From Anaeromyxobacteraceae bacterium (lineage in GTDB: Bacteria > Myxococcota > Myxococcia > Myxococcales > Anaeromyxobacteraceae): a stretch of DNA of 64,000 bases. Shown here piece after piece: positions 60,923-64,000 of this stretch. Made by a program: the position numbers and the translations under genes. The stretch's first letter is position 1, and each line of letters begins with the position of its first letter. Under the pieces are notes generated by a model. The model was not told the DNA's origin and did no database searches. It saw only the letters and a program-made list of their open reading frames with translations. The stretch covers positions 64,001 through 128,000 of the forward strand of contig JASGHJ010000001.1 in NCBI GenBank assembly GCA_047602405.1, read 5' to 3'.

Positions 60923-62246
60923 GTGGAAACCTCCGAGGTCCCGCGCCGATGCGCGGGTCAACCGGCCCGACACCTCCTACCTCTTATCCTGTGCGCGGCC
61001 GCGGCCTCGATCGCCTGCACCACCCCGCCCGACCCGGTCCCCACCCTCCGCTGGTACGCGAACCCCGACAACGGCGGCCAGGCGCGCCTCGCCGCGCGCT
61101 GCGAGGCCGCCGCCGCCGGCCGCTACCGCCTCCACCTCGAGGAGCTCCCGCGCGACGCGACCGGACAGCGCGAGCAGCTCGTTCGCCGCCTCGCGGCGCG
61201 CGACGCCTCCATCGACCTCATGAGCCTCGACCCGCCGTTCCTCCCGGAGCTTGCGGAGGCCGGCTTCCTGCGCGCGTTCACGCCGGCGGAGGCTCACGCG
61301 CTCGAGGAAGGCACGCTGCCGGCGCCCCTCGCCTCCGCGCGCTGGCGCGGGCGGCTCTTCGGGGCGCCCTTCACCGCGAGCGCACAGCTCCTCTGGTTCC
61401 GGCGCTCGGTTCTCACGCGCGCCGAGCTCCCGGATCCCCTCCCGAGCCCCGCTCACCTGGGATGCGATCACCGCCGCCGCGGAGAAGACCGGAACCACCG
61501 TGGCCGTCCAGGGCCGCCAGTACGAGGGTTACATGGTCTGGCTCTCGGCCCTCGTGGCCTCCGCCGGCGGCGCCGTGCTCCAGCAGCCCGAACGAGGTCG
61601 CGAGGCGCGCCCACGCCTCGACTCGCCCGCCGGCCGCGAGGCCGCGCGGATCGTCGGGACCCTCGCACGCTCCAGGGCAGCGATGCCCGGCCTCTCGACC
61701 GCCGACGAGGAGGCCGCGCGCGCGGCGTTCCTCGGCCCGCGCGGTGGCTTCATGGTGAACTGGCCCTACGTCTGGCGCGCCGCGAACGAGGCCGTGCGCG
61801 CCGGCGCGCTCGACCCGGCCGTGCTCGCCGACGTCGGCTGGGCGCGCTGGCCGCGCGTGCGCGCGGACCTGCCCTCGCGCCCGCCGCTCGGCGGAATCCA
61901 CCTCGCCGTCGGCGCCTTCTCGCGCCACCCGGACGAAGCGGTCGACGCCATCCGGTGCCTCACCAGCGAGGCGAGCCAGGCCGCCTACATGCTCGACGCC
62001 GGCAACCCGGCCGCGCGTGCAGCCGTGTACGACGACGCCGCGGTGCGCGCGGCGTTCCCGATGGCGGACCTCCTGCGCGAGTCGGTCCGCGACGCCGCCC
62101 CGCGCCCGCAGACACCCTTCTACCCGGACGTCAGCGCCGCGGCCGCGCGCGCGTTCCATCCGCCCGCCTCGGTCACGCCCGACGAGACGCCCGCCGCCGC
62201 CGACCGGCTCATCGTCGACGTCCTCCACGACCGGGTGCTCCTGTGA
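60923..62246 (+). CDS. Sugar ABC transporter substrate-binding lipoprotein (LpqY-like), frameshift at ~61438
   Basis: LPRDATGQREQLVRRLAARD..IDLMSLD, QYEG, FMVNWPYV, RPQTPFY; start uncertain. Confidence 0.8.
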
Positions 62247-63127
62247 CGCGCGCCGCCTCGCCGCGCACGGCCTTCCTGCTGGTCGCGCCCGCGGTCCTCG
62301 CGCTCGGCTCGGTCACCGCCTACCCGCTCGCCCACGCGGTCTGGCTCTCCTTTCACCGCCTCCGGCTGACCGAGCCCGGCACCCCGGCGTTCATCGGCCT
62401 CGAGGCCTACGGGGTCGTGCTGACGAATCCGCTCTTCTGGCGCGACCTCGGCCGCACCCTCCTCCTCGTCGCGATCACGGTCCCCGCCGAGCTCGCGCTC
62501 GGGCTCGCCATCGCGCTCGTGCTCCACCGGCCGGGCCGCGGGCGCGGGCTCGCGCGGGCGGCGACGCTCGTGCCCTACGGCATCGTCACCGTCGTCTCCG
62601 CGTACGCGTGGCGGTACGCGTTCGCGCTCGACACCGGCTTCGTGAGCGCCTGGCTGGGTCTCGGTGACCTCGCGTGGTTCGATCGCCCTGGCACCGCGCT
62701 CGCGACCATCTCCGTGGCGGAGATCTGGAAGACGACGCCGTTCATGGCGCTGCTCCTCCTGGCCGGGCTCGCCACGGTGCCCGACGAGCTCCAGGAGGCC
62801 GCCGAGCTCGATGGTGCCACCGCCTGGCAGCGCCTCTGGCGCGTCACGCTGCCCGCGATGCGCGGGCTGGTCGCGACCGCCGTGCTCTTTCGCGCGCTCG
62901 ACGCCTACCGCATCTTCGACTCGGTCTTCGTCATGACCGGCGGCGCGAACGGCACCGAGACCGTGAGCTTCCTCGCCTACCGGCAGGTCGTCACCCGCAC
63001 CGCGCTCGGCCTGGGCGCGACGGTCTCGATCCTGGTCTTCGGGGCGATGCTCGTGCTCGCCGCCGCGCTCGCCAAGGCGCTCGGGCTCGAGCCGCCATCG
63101 CAAACCGAGACCGGAGCCGACGCATGA
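62243..63127 (+). CDS. Sugar ABC transporter permease (SugA-like)
   Basis: AEIWKTTPFMALLLLAGL, EAAELDGA EAA motif. Confidence 0.88.
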   Translation: MTRAASPRTAFLLVAPAVLALGSVTAYPLAHAVWLSFHRLRLTEPGTPAFIGLEAYGVVLTNPLFWRDLGRTLLLVAITVPAELALGLAIALVLHRPGRGRGLARAATLVPYGIVTVVSAYAWRYAFALDTGFVSAWLGLGDLAWFDRPGTALATISVAEIWKTTPFMALLLLAGLATVPDELQEAAELDGATAWQRLWRVTLPAMRGLVATAVLFRALDAYRIFDSVFVMTGGANGTETVSFLAYRQVVTRTALGLGATVSILVFGAMLVLAAALAKALGLEPPSQTETGADA

Positions 63128-63950
63128 CCCGCGCCGCGCGCGCCCGGCTCCGAGCCGCCGGCACCCTGGCCGTCGTCGCCTGGAGCCTCCTCCCGGTGGC
63201 CTGGGTCGCCTCGCTCTCGCTCCGGCCCGGGCCGGACCTCGCGAGGCATACCTTCTTTCCCGGCGCGCTCACGCTCGAGCACTACCGGGAGGTCTTCTCC
63301 TCCCGCTCTTCCTCGAGGCGCTGCGCAATTCCGTCGGGGTCTCGCTCCTCGCCACCGCCTCCTCGGTCGGCCTCGCCGCGCCCGCCGCCTGGGCGGTCGC
63401 GCGCCTCACCTTCCCGGGCCTCCGCCTCGTGCTCTGGGCCGCGCTCGCGGTCTCGACCTTCCCCGCGGTCGCGCTCGTGAGCCCGCTCTTCGACCTCTGG
63501 CGCCGCACCGGCCTCTACGACACCTGGCCCGGCCTCGTGCTCGCGCACCTGACCTTCGGGGTCCCGCTCGCCCTCTGGATCCTCACCTCGTTCTTCCGCG
63601 AGGTGCCGCGCGAGCCCGAGCAGGCCGCCCGGCTCGAGGGCGCCGCGGGGTGGCAGGTCCTCCGGCACGTCACGCTGCCGCTCGCCGCGCCCGGGCTCGC
63701 CACCGCCGCGATCCTCGTGTTCCTCGCGTCGTGGAACGACTTCGTCTTCGGGATCTCGCTCACCTCCACCGGCCGCGCCCGCCCGGTGCCCGCCGCGCTC
63801 GCGTTCTTCGCGGGCGGCTCGCAGTTCCAGGAACCCACGGGCGCGATCGCCGCGGCCGCGGTGGTGGTCACCGTGCCGGTCGTCGCCCTCGTGCTCCTGT
63901 TCCAGCGGCGCATCGTGGCGGGGCTGACGGCGGGGGCGGTGAAGGGGTGA
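63124..63950 (+). CDS. Sugar ABC transporter permease (SugB-like), frameshift at ~63303
   Basis: QAARLEGA, SWNDF, FQRRIVAGLTAGAVKG. Confidence 0.85.
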
Positions 63951-64000
63951 GGCGCTACGCCCGCTGCTCCACCTCGCTCCCGGTCCCGAGCGGCGCCCGC

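Overview
High-GC, myxobacterial (Anaeromyxobacter-like by gene style; this is inference) chromosomal window. A tRNA cluster (Ser-TGA, Ser-GCT, Arg-ACG; 1936-2255) is followed by a ~29 kb integrative element (2256-31544) inserted in tRNA-Arg. The 3' half of the tRNA is duplicated at 31499-31544. The element has a tyrosine integrase, an excisionase-like HTH, an HUH rolling-circle Rep and a serine resolvase, but no recognisable capsid or conjugation genes. Its cargo looks defensive: a fused double N4C-type methyltransferase, an HNH/Zn nuclease, a UDG-fold protein plus P-loop ATPase, an HhH-GPD glycosylase-like protein, a caspase-fold protein plus metallophosphoesterase, a PD-(D/E)xK nuclease and a Walker-A-less DnaB-like protein. 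The island carries nested IS21 and IS630 elements. Two 2660-bp IS21 copies in inverted orientation have swapped target-site duplications, showing a 14-kb inversion (9716-23774). Undoing it and removing the IS630 places the double MTase and the HNH nuclease tail-to-tail, 6 bp apart. Beyond attR lies a second accessory region: an IS66 with a passenger gene inside an IS21 remnant, a RecD-like helicase-nuclease, a PLD-SF2-DUF3427 (SauUSI-like) enzyme, a SIR2 remnant, a phosphatase and a WYL-less PafB/PafC-like fusion. More ordinary genes follow (rnk, CPA2 antiporter, SEC-C proteins, M8-like protease, sugar ABC transporter). Several single-base frameshifts cluster at GATC or CCGG motifs and may be sequencing artefacts. 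All family assignments come from motif reading, not from database searches.
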